A DNA stretch of 64,000 bases from Deltaproteobacteria bacterium (GTDB taxonomy: Bacteria; Bdellovibrionota_C; UBA2361; SZUA-149; JAITKM01): the NCBI GenBank assembly GCA_031278395.1, contig JAITKM010000007.1, positions 64,981-128,980 on the forward strand. The letters are read 5' to 3'. The notes under the pieces were generated by a model. That model was given only the letters and a program-made list of their open reading frames with translations. It was not told where the DNA came from and ran no database searches. Below are positions 38,819 through 48,671 of the stretch, in pieces (position 1 is the first letter of the stretch; every line of letters begins with the position of its first letter). The position numbers and the translations under genes were made by a program.

Positions 38819-40810
38819 TTACCAATCTTTATTAGGTAATTTGTTGTTATACTTTTTGAGTTGTTTAATTGCTTCGACACGCCTAAATTCTTTTAGCGCT
38901 CCTCGATCCTCCTTTAAGGCATTTAATAAGGCTTCACCAGCAATAGCAGATTGTTCCTTTAAATCCTGCCTTTCTTCGCTAGGGTGGAAATTAAAATCTT
39001 CACCAGCCGACTGATTATCTGCACTCGCCTCATTACCCTGAACAACATCATTCAAATCTTGAGAACTATCTTCATCAGCCGCAACCTCTGAGCTGGCGCT
39101 CTGCCCAACATCAAAGCTGCTAGACTGTTCTGAACTTTGCTGACCCGTCTGCCCAGCTCCTGAATCTTTATTCGAACTATTACTAACATTATCTTGCTCT
39201 TCTTCAGGTTCTGTAGATTGTTGCTCAGATTCATCAACATTAGAATTTTCTGACTTAGAATTATTAGCTGAAGATTGGCTTATTTCTGAATTAATCTCTG
39301 CAGCTTGGCTCTGAGCTGTAGAGTTGTTTTGCTGTTCATTATCTTGTCGCTCTTGATTCTGCTCTTGATCAGCATTGTCTTGGGGTTGATTTTCTACTTG
39401 CAATAATTTTTTAGCGTATTCCAAATTATTAGTTACAGCTTTTTGATTTGGCATTATCTTTAAACTCTCCTGATACGCACTAACAGCTTCCTGATACTTT
39501 CCCAACTGCACTAAACTATTTCCTAAATTATAAAAAGCCTCTGCTTTTTGCTGCGCATCTGCCTGCTGGACAGCTTGCTTAAAGTATTGTTCAGCTTCAG
39601 CAAACTTATTCTGTCGATAATAACTATTTCCAAGCCCCAAATTAAGTTTATAATTATCCGGCTCCTGTTCTAACGCCTGCTTAAAAATTTGACTAGCCGT
39701 TTCAAAGTCGCCAAACCTATAGCGCTCCGCTGCTAATTTTCCCAACCCCTCAGCTGATTCAGCAAAAGCTGGAGTGACCAAAAAAAATGTAATTAAAAGC
39801 AAACTATTTGCCCGCCCTACACCTCTAAGCAATAACATTAAAACTGCCAAAAACAGCGGAAGTTGATACCATTCATTCCAAACTTTAGTTTGATTTGTTT
39901 CAAAATCTATATCGTTTAAGCTGGCTTTAATTCGTCGATAAATAGTCTTTGCTGCATTACTATCAGCCAAAGCTGGCAGATAAATTCCACCAGTAGCTTG
40001 CGCTAAATTTTCTAAAAACTCTCCATTTAATTTTGAAATAATAATATTACCCTGCGCATCCTTTTTATAATTATTGCCGTTACCAACTGGAATAGGCGCG
40101 CCAGCTTTAGTGCCAATACCTAAAATATAAAGCTTAATCCCCAGCTCAGTAATTTTTTGTTTAACCCTATCTAAATTACCATCTAACTCTTCACCATCAG
40201 TCAACATAAAAATAGCGCGACTATTATTAGCCACACCCGCTGCACTACTAGTGAAAGCTTCAATACTTTTCTCAAAAGCCAGTTCAAAATTAGTCCCCTG
40301 CACCGGCACAAGATTGGTATTTAACGAATTTAAAAACAACTTAAATGTCGCCATATCTTCGGTCAGTGGCGTTTCAATAAACGCTGTCCCAGCAAAAATC
40401 ACTAAAGACACACGATCACCTTGAAGAATATTGAGCAAATCTGTAATTGCTCTTTTTGCGATTTGTAGACGATCGGGCGACACATCTTTTGCTAACATGC
40501 TTTGCGACACATCAATAGCGACCACAATATCAATGCCTTTTTTATGATTCTCGCGCCAGTTCCAACCATATTGTGGTCGCAGCAGAGCTATAGTTAAAAA
40601 CAAGAGCCAAAGCAGCATAAAATACACTTGCCGTTTTAGGTGTTTTTTATAGGCTTTAAAATCCGGAATAAGCTCCGCCAAAGTTTTAGTTGTCCCTAGC
40701 TGCTTTAAATCTCGGATTTTTCTTTTATAAATAAATAATCTCCCTAGCAACCCTAATAACGGCAGCAAAAATAAAAGAAACAATAAATTGGCATTCCCAA
40801 AGTTCATCAT
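38819..40810 (-). CDS. BatB-like vWA protein fused to TPR repeats (BatB/BatC-like) with acidic Q/S/E/N-rich low-complexity tail
   Basis: The BatA/B N-terminal TM is followed by a vWA MIDAS (VVAIDVSQSM), a second TM, TPR repeats, then a ~150-aa polar low-complexity region. Confidence 0.7.
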   Translation of the reverse strand: MMNFGNANLLFLLFLLPLLGLLGRLFIYKRKIRDLKQLGTTKTLAELIPDFKAYKKHLKRQVYFMLLWLLFLTIALLRPQYGWNWRENHKKGIDIVVAIDVSQSMLAKDVSPDRLQIAKRAITDLLNILQGDRVSLVIFAGTAFIETPLTEDMATFKLFLNSLNTNLVPVQGTNFELAFEKSIEAFTSSAAGVANNSRAIFMLTDGEELDGNLDRVKQKITELGIKLYILGIGTKAGAPIPVGNGNNYKKDAQGNIIISKLNGEFLENLAQATGGIYLPALADSNAAKTIYRRIKASLNDIDFETNQTKVWNEWYQLPLFLAVLMLLLRGVGRANSLLLITFFLVTPAFAESAEGLGKLAAERYRFGDFETASQIFKQALEQEPDNYKLNLGLGNSYYRQNKFAEAEQYFKQAVQQADAQQKAEAFYNLGNSLVQLGKYQEAVSAYQESLKIMPNQKAVTNNLEYAKKLLQVENQPQDNADQEQNQERQDNEQQNNSTAQSQAAEINSEISQSSANNSKSENSNVDESEQQSTEPEEEQDNVSNSSNKDSGAGQTGQQSSEQSSSFDVGQSASSEVAADEDSSQDLNDVVQGNEASADNQSAGEDFNFHPSEERQDLKEQSAIAGEALLNALKEDRGALKEFRRVEAIKQLKKYNNKLPNKDW

Positions 40811-41835
40811 GGAATTACTCTCAACACAGTTGCCACTAACAATTCATAAATAAAAATCAAAACCACTCCCAACGAAAGCGGTAACATGAAATAATCTTTA
40901 TACTCTACATACTGCACAATTTTATCTTCTCGCATTTCAAGTTTATTTATTTCATCATAAATTTTAACCAAAGTTTCTGTATCTTTGGCATAAAAATATT
41001 GACCGCCTGTAGTTTCCGCGATTTCTCTTAAGGTCTTTTCATCTAAGGGCAAGACTTGATAAGTCAAGACGGTTTGCTGCCAAATATTTTCAGTCGGAAA
41101 CGGAACTTTTTCCGAAGACCCAATCCCGATCGTGTAAATCTTTATCCCTAATTCTTTGGCGATACTAGCTGCCCGCAAAGGATGTAAAATACCAGCATTA
41201 CTTTCGCCATCTGAAACTAAAACTACAACTTTTGACTCCCCTTTTAGATCTTTTAAATGTTTGAGAGCTACACCAATCCCGTCACCAATTGCTGTGCTGC
41301 CACCAGCCATGCCAGCTTGAATCAATTTTAAGTATTCTTGAAGAGTTTTTTGGTCTAAGGTTAAAGGACATTGTGTCCAGGCAGTCTCGCCAAAAACAAC
41401 TAAACCAATCCGATCACCTTTGCGTTTTTCAATAAAATCTTGCACGACTTTTTTTAGCGCTGTAATTCGATCAATGCGATTTCTATCATAGAAAAAATCC
41501 AAAGCTCGCATACTATTAGAAACATCAAGAGTTAACATAATGTCCCGCCCGCTAGCGTCCAACTCTGTAAAATACGATCCAGTTTGCGGACGAGCTAAAG
41601 CCAGCACGAATAAGCTGAAAATAGCTATTTTAACGGTATTTAACAGGGGTTTGCGAATTGTGGATCTAAAACTAGGTTGAATTTTTTGGAGCTCAACATT
41701 AGTAGAAAATTTAAGTCTGCTTTGCTGAGTAGTCAGCCAGAAGTTGACAAAGCTTCTCTGCCTTCCCCTGCGTTCCAATAAAAAGGGAATAAAAAATAAC
41801 AATAATAGAAAATATGGACTGGCAAAGTGCAGCAC
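40807..41835 (-). CDS. BatA-like vWA membrane protein
   Basis: BatA N-terminal domain plus vWA MIDAS (MLTLDVSNSM ... VVLVSDGESN). It overlaps the next gene by 4 bp. Confidence 0.8.
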   Translation of the reverse strand: MLHFASPYFLLLLFFIPFLLERRGRQRSFVNFWLTTQQSRLKFSTNVELQKIQPSFRSTIRKPLLNTVKIAIFSLFVLALARPQTGSYFTELDASGRDIMLTLDVSNSMRALDFFYDRNRIDRITALKKVVQDFIEKRKGDRIGLVVFGETAWTQCPLTLDQKTLQEYLKLIQAGMAGGSTAIGDGIGVALKHLKDLKGESKVVVLVSDGESNAGILHPLRAASIAKELGIKIYTIGIGSSEKVPFPTENIWQQTVLTYQVLPLDEKTLREIAETTGGQYFYAKDTETLVKIYDEINKLEMREDKIVQYVEYKDYFMLPLSLGVVLIFIYELLVATVLRVIP

Positions 41836-42121
41836 TGCTAACTTATTTATAAACTTTTACTTGATCTTTAACAGGAGTTACTTTTTTCTTAAAATTTTTC
41901 TCCTTTTTTTATTGCGTTTTAGCCCAGCCCTTAAGAACTGCCTCTGGGTAAAGACACGAGAAAATGCCACGATTTTTAAGCTCTTTCAATTTTTTTCTGG
42001 TTTTTCTGGTATCAATTATTTTTGTAAATCGTAATGTATTAAAATTATTAATTAAAAAAATAAAACTAAATAAACAGACAAGACATTTTTCATCCACGAA
42101 TGTTTAGATTTTTTTATTATT

Positions 42122-42988
42122 TTATAATTCTCGTAAAATTTTCCACAAAAACTTAGGTTTCATATTCCACGAACACCGCCAAAACCAAACTCCAAAATGA
42201 CAAACTTTAAAGATAAAAAATTCCTTCATAAACTCTTGATATTTACCCAATTTTTGCAATTTTTCTTTAATAATTCTAGCAACTTTGAAGATGTCAAAAA
42301 TCTGATAAGTTGCATGCGACGAACTCATAATTGAACCAACCGAACCTTTACGGTGGTAATACAGATTTTTATGTAAAACATTAATACTACTTGCCTGTAA
42401 CAAAACCTCCATCATAAAAGGTCCATCCTCATAAAGTAAACCTTCTGAAAAAAATATCTGACGCTCTCTGAGAAAGTTTGTCTTATACAGTCTGGCATAA
42501 ACAGAAATACGACGGTTTAAAACTAAACCTTTAATATCCTGATAAACAATTGTTTTTTTAAATTTAGCACAACCAGTAAAATTAATACGCTGAATCTTTC
42601 CACCATTGGCAAAAAACATATTAAACAACACTAAATCAACCTTGCCATATGTCGCCTTGTTATAGGCGAGCTGACACATTGAGGTCTCAACCCAATCGTC
42701 CGAATCCACAAAAGTCAAATATTCCCCTTTAGCTAGATTAATTCCTAAATTTCTCGCTGATGACGGACCGCCGTTGTCTTTATTAATAATTTTTATTCTC
42801 TTATCCTGTTTAGCGTATTGATTTAGAATTACTAAAGAACCATCAGTTGAACCATCATTGACACAAATAATTTCTATCTCTTTTAAGGTCTGGTTAACTA
42901 AACTATCCAAACACTGAACTAGATATTTTTCTGTATTATATACTGGCACTATCACGGAAACTTTAATTGAACTCTTAATAAAAGACAT
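42122..42988 (-). CDS. glycosyltransferase family 2
   Basis: VSVIVPVYNTEKYL ... VNDGSTDGS ... FVDSDDW matches the GT2 DxD architecture. Confidence 0.8.
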   Translation of the reverse strand: MSFIKSSIKVSVIVPVYNTEKYLVQCLDSLVNQTLKEIEIICVNDGSTDGSLVILNQYAKQDKRIKIINKDNGGPSSARNLGINLAKGEYLTFVDSDDWVETSMCQLAYNKATYGKVDLVLFNMFFANGGKIQRINFTGCAKFKKTIVYQDIKGLVLNRRISVYARLYKTNFLRERQIFFSEGLLYEDGPFMMEVLLQASSINVLHKNLYYHRKGSVGSIMSSSHATYQIFDIFKVARIIKEKLQKLGKYQEFMKEFFIFKVCHFGVWFWRCSWNMKPKFLWKILREL

Positions 42989-43038
42989 AATGGGTTTAAT
43001 TTGTAATTTTCGTAACTATTCCGTAACAGCTCGCGACC

Positions 43039-43458
43039 ATGAATAACCTAGTAGGGGCGCCCCCTACAAAGGAACTCGTCGTTATTCATTTCAGCAAGGT
43101 TATTCAGTTCTGCGCCGTTTTTGTTTTTTTATTAACCGAACAACTCCCAAGGGCTTCTAAAAAATGGGTTGACAAACTACTACATACATCTATATACGGC
43201 AACACTTTTATGGATATTAACAACACATCAATTACTATAGAGCAGCTAGCGTATAAGATAAAAAAACTTAAACTAGAAACTCCGGCGCTGTTATTTCTGG
43301 AAATGCACAAGCCATTAACTTCGCTGTTGCATCATGGAACAGTTTTTTTTGCTCCTCTGGTTGCCCCACTTTTTGGTCTAAAGCGTTATTCAAAAATACA
43401 AACTTTGCTTGCCGACCGAAATAATATTGAACAACTAATCAAAAAACTAACTACTTAA
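43039..43458 (+). CDS. hypothetical protein (139 aa; may start internally)
   Basis: ORF only. Confidence 0.25.
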   Translation: MNNLVGAPPTKELVVIHFSKVIQFCAVFVFLLTEQLPRASKKWVDKLLHTSIYGNTFMDINNTSITIEQLAYKIKKLKLETPALLFLEMHKPLTSLLHHGTVFFAPLVAPLFGLKRYSKIQTLLADRNNIEQLIKKLTT

Positions 43459-43462
43459 ATAG

Positions 43463-44296
43463 ATGTCTCAAGCTAGCCCTTTCGATTTAGTTTTTATTTT
43501 CTTCTGTCTCATTGTCTTGGGGTATTGTATCCTTGCAGCTTACCGTGGAAAAAATATTTTTGTTAGAAAGATTAGCGGGATTGCTGCTATCGATGAAACT
43601 ATTGGCAGAAGTATTGAGCTGGGACGTCCCATTTCTTTTACCTCTGGGCTAGCTAGTATTGGTCCTGTTTTTTATGCCTGCTTAAGCGTGCTGCAGCATA
43701 TAGCCCGAAAAGTTGCGAGCTTTAACGCTAAGCTTTTTGTGCCTTGTTACGACCCTGAAACATTAGTCCTCAGCGATATTACTATTCAAAACGCCTATAA
43801 AAAAGAAAAACGTTTTGCTAACTATGACCCCGGCACAACTCGTTATTTATCGTCTAGTCAGTTTGCTTTTGCCAGTGGTTATATTGGTATTATTCAGCGT
43901 GAAAATGTAGGCGGCGCCTTTTTATTTGGCACATATGCTGCGGAGTCTTTAATCTTAGCTTCGGCAGGGCAAGAAATAGGCGCAATGCAGGTTGCAGCCA
44001 CGACCTCAAACGAGCAAATTCCGTTTTTTATCACCACCTGCGACTATACTTTAATTGGCGAAGAGTTATTTGCAGCTGGAGCTTATCTATCCCAAGACCC
44101 TGTACAAACAGGAAGTTTAAAAGCTCAAGACATTATTAAATCCTCATTATTAGTATTAATTATAGTAGGAGTTTTAATTTCAACAGGAATCTCAATTCTG
44201 GATAAACCAGATTCAAAAAATCTTTCTTTTAAAACCTGGAGTAAGCAAATGGAACAAAATAATTTTTTAGCTCAAGCGCTAAAAAGTAAATGGTAA
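43463..44296 (+). CDS. hypothetical bitopic membrane protein (277 aa)
   Basis: N- and C-terminal TM segments flank a ~200-aa domain. It starts 5 bp after the previous ORF. Confidence 0.35.
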   Translation: MSQASPFDLVFIFFCLIVLGYCILAAYRGKNIFVRKISGIAAIDETIGRSIELGRPISFTSGLASIGPVFYACLSVLQHIARKVASFNAKLFVPCYDPETLVLSDITIQNAYKKEKRFANYDPGTTRYLSSSQFAFASGYIGIIQRENVGGAFLFGTYAAESLILASAGQEIGAMQVAATTSNEQIPFFITTCDYTLIGEELFAAGAYLSQDPVQTGSLKAQDIIKSSLLVLIIVGVLISTGISILDKPDSKNLSFKTWSKQMEQNNFLAQALKSKW

Positions 44297-44639
44297 ATCA
44301 AAAACCAGTTATCAGTTATATATCTTTTGCGGTTGCGCTGTTACAGCTCTTCATTGGAAACAACGAGGTTACTAATCGACACCATCGCAAAAATAAAAAC
44401 AAAGACAACTCATATTCAAGTGAGGGATATACAAAGTAATGCTATAAAGAAAGAAAAAATTCTGAATATTTAGATGGTTATAAAAAAAAAGTTAAAATCA
44501 GTGTATTGTCAACCTAGACGTAATTTTGTAAAGACGACAAACGCACAAGAGAAAAAGCAATTTATTTAATTACTCAGTGGGTTGAGCAGTTCTGTAATTC
44601 TATACACTTCACGCTTACCTTTCGTTATAATAAAAGGTA

Positions 44640-45842
44640 ATGTTGTTTATGGTACACTATATGAATATCTTTCAACTATCATACAAAAATCTCTTACGGC
44701 GCAAGCTGCGCACCACTTTTACTATTTTGGGGATTACACTTTCAGCCTGGGTGTTAATTACACTGCTGGGTTTTAACAATGGCTATGAAAATTCTCTTAA
44801 CAAAGACATTGAGGGGATGGGGTTCCAAATTGTGCTAACTGCTAAAGGCTGCCCTTACGAAGCAGCAACTTTAATGTTAAAAGGTGGAACTGGTCTCAGA
44901 TATATGCCTGAAGAAATTGTTCAAGGAGTTGCTAACGATCCCGACGTCGCGCAAACTACCGCTATGTTAATGCATGCCGAATTTGACCCTGATAAAGGCG
45001 AAAATGGCGGAACCATTGTGTATTTAGGAATTGATATTCCAAGCTATCCTGAGCTAAAGCCTTATTTAACTTTTAAACAAGGCGCTTGGTTTCAAAATGC
45101 GGCTGAACGCAAAGTTGTGCTAGGATTTGAGGCAGCTGAGCTAGAACAACGTGAAGTTGGCGATTCAATGCTACTTCCCGGCAGTGCTGAAGAATATCAA
45201 GTTGTTGGTATTTTAAAGCGCACTGGCACACAAGACGATGGCATGATTTTCCTACCGCTTAAAACAGTGCAAAAAGTTTTTAATAAAGAAGGGCAACTGA
45301 CTATGCTCGGTATACGTTTAAAACAAACTGCGGACGCTAATGCTTTTGAAGAAAAACTCTATAGCTTGCCAGATGTGCAAGTAGTCTCTATGGCGCAGGT
45401 GAAAAATACTATTTTAGGACTAGTTTCAAGCGCCAAAGTTATTGTATTATCCATTGCCTTTATTGCGTTTGTAATTGCGATGTTTGGCGTTCTCAATACC
45501 GTATTAATGTCAGTCTTTGAACGTTACCAAGAGATTGGAATTTTAAAAAGTATGGGCGCTTTGCCCAAAGATATTTTTGTCATGATTTTAATTGAGACTA
45601 CCCTACTTTGCACCTTAGGCGGAATATTGGGAATTTCGCTGGCATTTGTATTTTCGGGCGCATCGGAAATGGCAATTCGTTTTTTTCTGCCTTTTACTCC
45701 AAACGGAAATTTAATTTTAATTACCACCCCGACTGTTGTTTGGTCTTTTCTAACAATTGCCTTAATCGGAATTATTGGCGGAATTTATCCTGCTCAGCGG
45801 GCAGCCCATATCCGCCCTTTAGATGCTATTCGGAGTGAATAA
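44640..45842 (+). CDS. ABC transporter permease, FtsX/MacB/LolE family
   Basis: Four TMs with a large extracytoplasmic domain. The FtsX C-terminal region is present. Confidence 0.8.
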   Translation: MLFMVHYMNIFQLSYKNLLRRKLRTTFTILGITLSAWVLITLLGFNNGYENSLNKDIEGMGFQIVLTAKGCPYEAATLMLKGGTGLRYMPEEIVQGVANDPDVAQTTAMLMHAEFDPDKGENGGTIVYLGIDIPSYPELKPYLTFKQGAWFQNAAERKVVLGFEAAELEQREVGDSMLLPGSAEEYQVVGILKRTGTQDDGMIFLPLKTVQKVFNKEGQLTMLGIRLKQTADANAFEEKLYSLPDVQVVSMAQVKNTILGLVSSAKVIVLSIAFIAFVIAMFGVLNTVLMSVFERYQEIGILKSMGALPKDIFVMILIETTLLCTLGGILGISLAFVFSGASEMAIRFFLPFTPNGNLILITTPTVVWSFLTIALIGIIGGIYPAQRAAHIRPLDAIRSE

Positions 45843-45848
45843 AATTAT

Positions 45849-46538
45849 ATGAATATCATTACTGCAAAGAACCTAACTAAAATTTATGCTCGTGGAGTAG
45901 AAAAAGTTTTTGCTCTAAATGACGCTAGTTTTGTTATTAAAAAAGGCGAAATTCTGTCTATTACTGGCGCTTCTGGTTCGGGCAAAACGACCTTAGTTAA
46001 TATTTTAGGTTGTCTTGATAATCCAACTTCGGGAGTTTTAACTGTGGCTGAACAACAAGTTTTTGGCGAACAAAAGGAGTTGTCCGAAGCAGCTTTAACT
46101 TTGATTCGACGCCAATATTTTGGTTATGTATTTCAAAAATTTTTCTTAATTCCAACTCTGACGGTTCAAGAAAATATTATGTTGCCGTCGATTTTTCAGA
46201 AAAACCTCCAAACTAATCTGCAAAACCTACAGCCTACTTTAGAAATACTGGGATTAACTCAGCGGGCGAGGCATTTGCCGGCAGAGCTGTCTGGTGGTGA
46301 AATGCAACGGGTAGCCATTGCCAGAGCGTTAATTAATAAGCCGCAAGTTTTGCTTGCTGATGAACCAACCGGTAATTTGGATAGTAAGCGTTCTGACGAA
46401 ATTAAAAATTTGTTAGTAACTCTCAACCGCGAACAGGGAATTACAATAATTTTAGTAACTCACAATCCAGATTTAGCTAAAATTGGCTCGTCAGCAATTG
46501 AGCTGCTAGATGGAAAAATATTAAAAAAATCATGTTAG
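45849..46538 (+). CDS. ABC transporter ATP-binding protein (LolD/MacB-ATPase-like)
   Basis: Walker A GASGSGKTT, ABC signature LSGGEMQRVAIARAL, Walker B LLADEPTGNLD. Confidence 0.9.
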   Translation: MNIITAKNLTKIYARGVEKVFALNDASFVIKKGEILSITGASGSGKTTLVNILGCLDNPTSGVLTVAEQQVFGEQKELSEAALTLIRRQYFGYVFQKFFLIPTLTVQENIMLPSIFQKNLQTNLQNLQPTLEILGLTQRARHLPAELSGGEMQRVAIARALINKPQVLLADEPTGNLDSKRSDEIKNLLVTLNREQGITIILVTHNPDLAKIGSSAIELLDGKILKKSC

Positions 46539-47173
46539 TTTTAACTAGAAAAACAGGACAAGGCATAAATATCAGTAATGAGATAGTTATCACGATTAAA
46601 GAAATTAAGGGTAATCAAGTGCGACTAGGGATTGAAGCTAGCTCAAACTTTAAGATTTACCGTAGTGAAATTTATGAACAAATCAAAGCTGAAAACACAC
46701 AGGCGCTAAATTTATCTCAAGAAACGCCGAAAAATTTAAGCAACTTTGCCAATACACAAAAGATTAAATTCAATAGTAGCCGCTTTGGCGAGCTGGAAAT
46801 TAATCCGTCTGCAGTAATTGAATTTCCTTTTGGGTTAGTTGGGATACCTGATGCGCATCAATTTGTAATGCTTGAATATAGTTCGCCCTTTTCTTGGTTA
46901 CATTCAATAGACCACCCAGATATTGCATTTGTAGTTATTAACGGAGCTGAATTGGAGCCGCAATTTGATGTGCAAGTTTTGACAGCTGATAAAGATATTG
47001 ATTTAAGACCAAACGATGAAATTGCGCTAATTAATGTTGTAACTGTTCGACCTAATATTCAGGCAAGCACAGTCAATGTAAAAGCTCCGATTGTAGTCAA
47101 TATGAGAAATAAAAAAGCCAAACAAATAATTATCGACTCTACAGATTTATCGATAAATTTACCTCTGTTTTAG
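46532..47173 (+). CDS. CsrA-FliW fusion protein (carbon storage regulator domain fused to flagellar assembly factor FliW domain)
   Basis: Residues 1-60 (MLVLTRKTGQGINISNEIVITIKEIKGNQVRLGIEASSNFKIYRSEIY) match CsrA. Residues ~95-213 (FPFGLVGIP...PFSWLHSID...STVNVKAPIVVN..KKAKQIII) match FliW. The ORF is continuous and overlaps the preceding ABC ATPase gene by 7 nt. Confidence 0.7.
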   Translation: MLVLTRKTGQGINISNEIVITIKEIKGNQVRLGIEASSNFKIYRSEIYEQIKAENTQALNLSQETPKNLSNFANTQKIKFNSSRFGELEINPSAVIEFPFGLVGIPDAHQFVMLEYSSPFSWLHSIDHPDIAFVVINGAELEPQFDVQVLTADKDIDLRPNDEIALINVVTVRPNIQASTVNVKAPIVVNMRNKKAKQIIIDSTDLSINLPLF

Positions 47174-47254
47174 TTTTTAATAAAAACAAGATAAACCTTA
47201 TTTAAGAAAGATAAGGTTTTTTCCAAGAAAAATATGATTGTGATTTGACTATCT

Positions 47255-47818
47255 TTAACCAGCAACTTTCAAATCCCATAATGAATCCGGCGAACTGAAT
47301 TTGTCATTGTAAGCCTCGATACACTTCTGAATAATCTCTGTAGCTTCCTCACGATTTAAAACACCGATCACCTCTGTTTCGTATTCTTCCAGTATCTTAT
47401 AAACAGTAAAGAAATGCTCTATTTCTTTAAAAACATGGTTAGGTAACTGAGAAATGTCTTGATAACTATTATAATGCGGGTCTTTACATGGGATAGAAAT
47501 AATTTTTTCATCAACCTCGCCCTTATCAAACATTGTAATCACCCCAATAGAATAACATCTAACTAAAGTCATGGGCAGGATTATTTCACTAGAGAGAACT
47601 AAGGCGTCTAACGGATCATTATCGCCAGCATATGTACGTGGAATAAAGCCGTAATTAGCTGGATAATGAGTTGAAGTATGCAATACTCGATCAAGACGTA
47701 GCATACCAGTTTCCTTGTCTAGCTCATACTTGTTCTTACCACCGCGTGAAATTTCAATCACAACCTCAAACTCTTCTTTAGTAATCCTCGATGGATTTAT
47801 ATCATGCCAAATATTCAT
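47255..47818 (-). CDS. ppa: inorganic pyrophosphatase (family I)
   Basis: DNDPLDALVL and GDxDP-type motifs are present. Length 187 aa. Confidence 0.9.
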   Translation of the reverse strand: MNIWHDINPSRITKEEFEVVIEISRGGKNKYELDKETGMLRLDRVLHTSTHYPANYGFIPRTYAGDNDPLDALVLSSEIILPMTLVRCYSIGVITMFDKGEVDEKIISIPCKDPHYNSYQDISQLPNHVFKEIEHFFTVYKILEEYETEVIGVLNREEATEIIQKCIEAYNDKFSSPDSLWDLKVAG

Positions 47819-47901
47819 TTTAATCTCGCTTTAATTTGGGAAACAAATATTTCTCTAAAATTTCCTATTCTCTACACAGGCAAGATTGCCTGTACTACAT
47901 T

Positions 47902-48546
47902 CTAACGCCATATAGTCTCGGAGGTTGATAAGTCAACCCATTTATCAATACCATGCCAACTATCCGATTTACCGTATGAACCAAAATCAACTAACATTAT
48001 CTCGACTCCAAATTGACGACAAACGTATAAAACATAACTTAGCTCGCGGCTAGGACAGAGCACAATTGCTGTCCGTTTAATAGACAAATCTTTTTCTTGT
48101 GACAAATCTAAATTAAAATCCCTACTCTCCAAATCATCTGTAATTTGTATATTGTCAGAGCCAGACTGCGACAAAGAGTGATTTAAAAAATTCCCTGTCG
48201 CAAAAAGCATTAAATCAGTCGCCATATGCACGTCCATGGCAACTTTTCTTTGCACATTTTTTGGCGGCAGTCTTTTGGCAATAACTTCAAGTCCTGATCG
48301 CTCGACAGCCGACAGAAAAGAGAACTGACGCGCATCATCTTCGTAAGGAACTAGAGTATAATAACGAGAAATTTCTGGAACTAAACCTTCGCTCAGGCTA
48401 GTAACTAATTTTCCTAAGTCAAGTTTTTTTTCTAAACGATAGATTGCTCTATCTAGACTCATCCCATCAATGAACAAACCAACTGCCCTTTTGTTTCTTC
48501 TACGCACTGCACCATTTTTTAATTTCTCTATTTCTAGTCTACTCAT
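47902..48546 (-). CDS. NYN-domain (LabA-like) protein, predicted RNase
   Basis: VGLFIDGMSL matches the FIDGxNL motif. Later acidic motifs are consistent with the NYN fold. Confidence 0.5.
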   Translation of the reverse strand: MSRLEIEKLKNGAVRRRNKRAVGLFIDGMSLDRAIYRLEKKLDLGKLVTSLSEGLVPEISRYYTLVPYEDDARQFSFLSAVERSGLEVIAKRLPPKNVQRKVAMDVHMATDLMLFATGNFLNHSLSQSGSDNIQITDDLESRDFNLDLSQEKDLSIKRTAIVLCPSRELSYVLYVCRQFGVEIMLVDFGSYGKSDSWHGIDKWVDLSTSETIWR

Positions 48547-48671
48547 ATATATTTTTTAATGTGTTTTAATTAATTCAAGACTCTTGTTCTTCGTTATATT
48601 GACTTTCGCCAGAAGTGTTGCGTAATATGAGAAAAAAATTAAATAGTCAAATAATTTAATACGTTATCTAT

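Noticed and set aside
38689-38880. 63-aa ORF between the convergent bat genes
   Set aside because: It overlaps the 3' end of the BatB-TPR gene and has no motif. The region more likely holds terminators.
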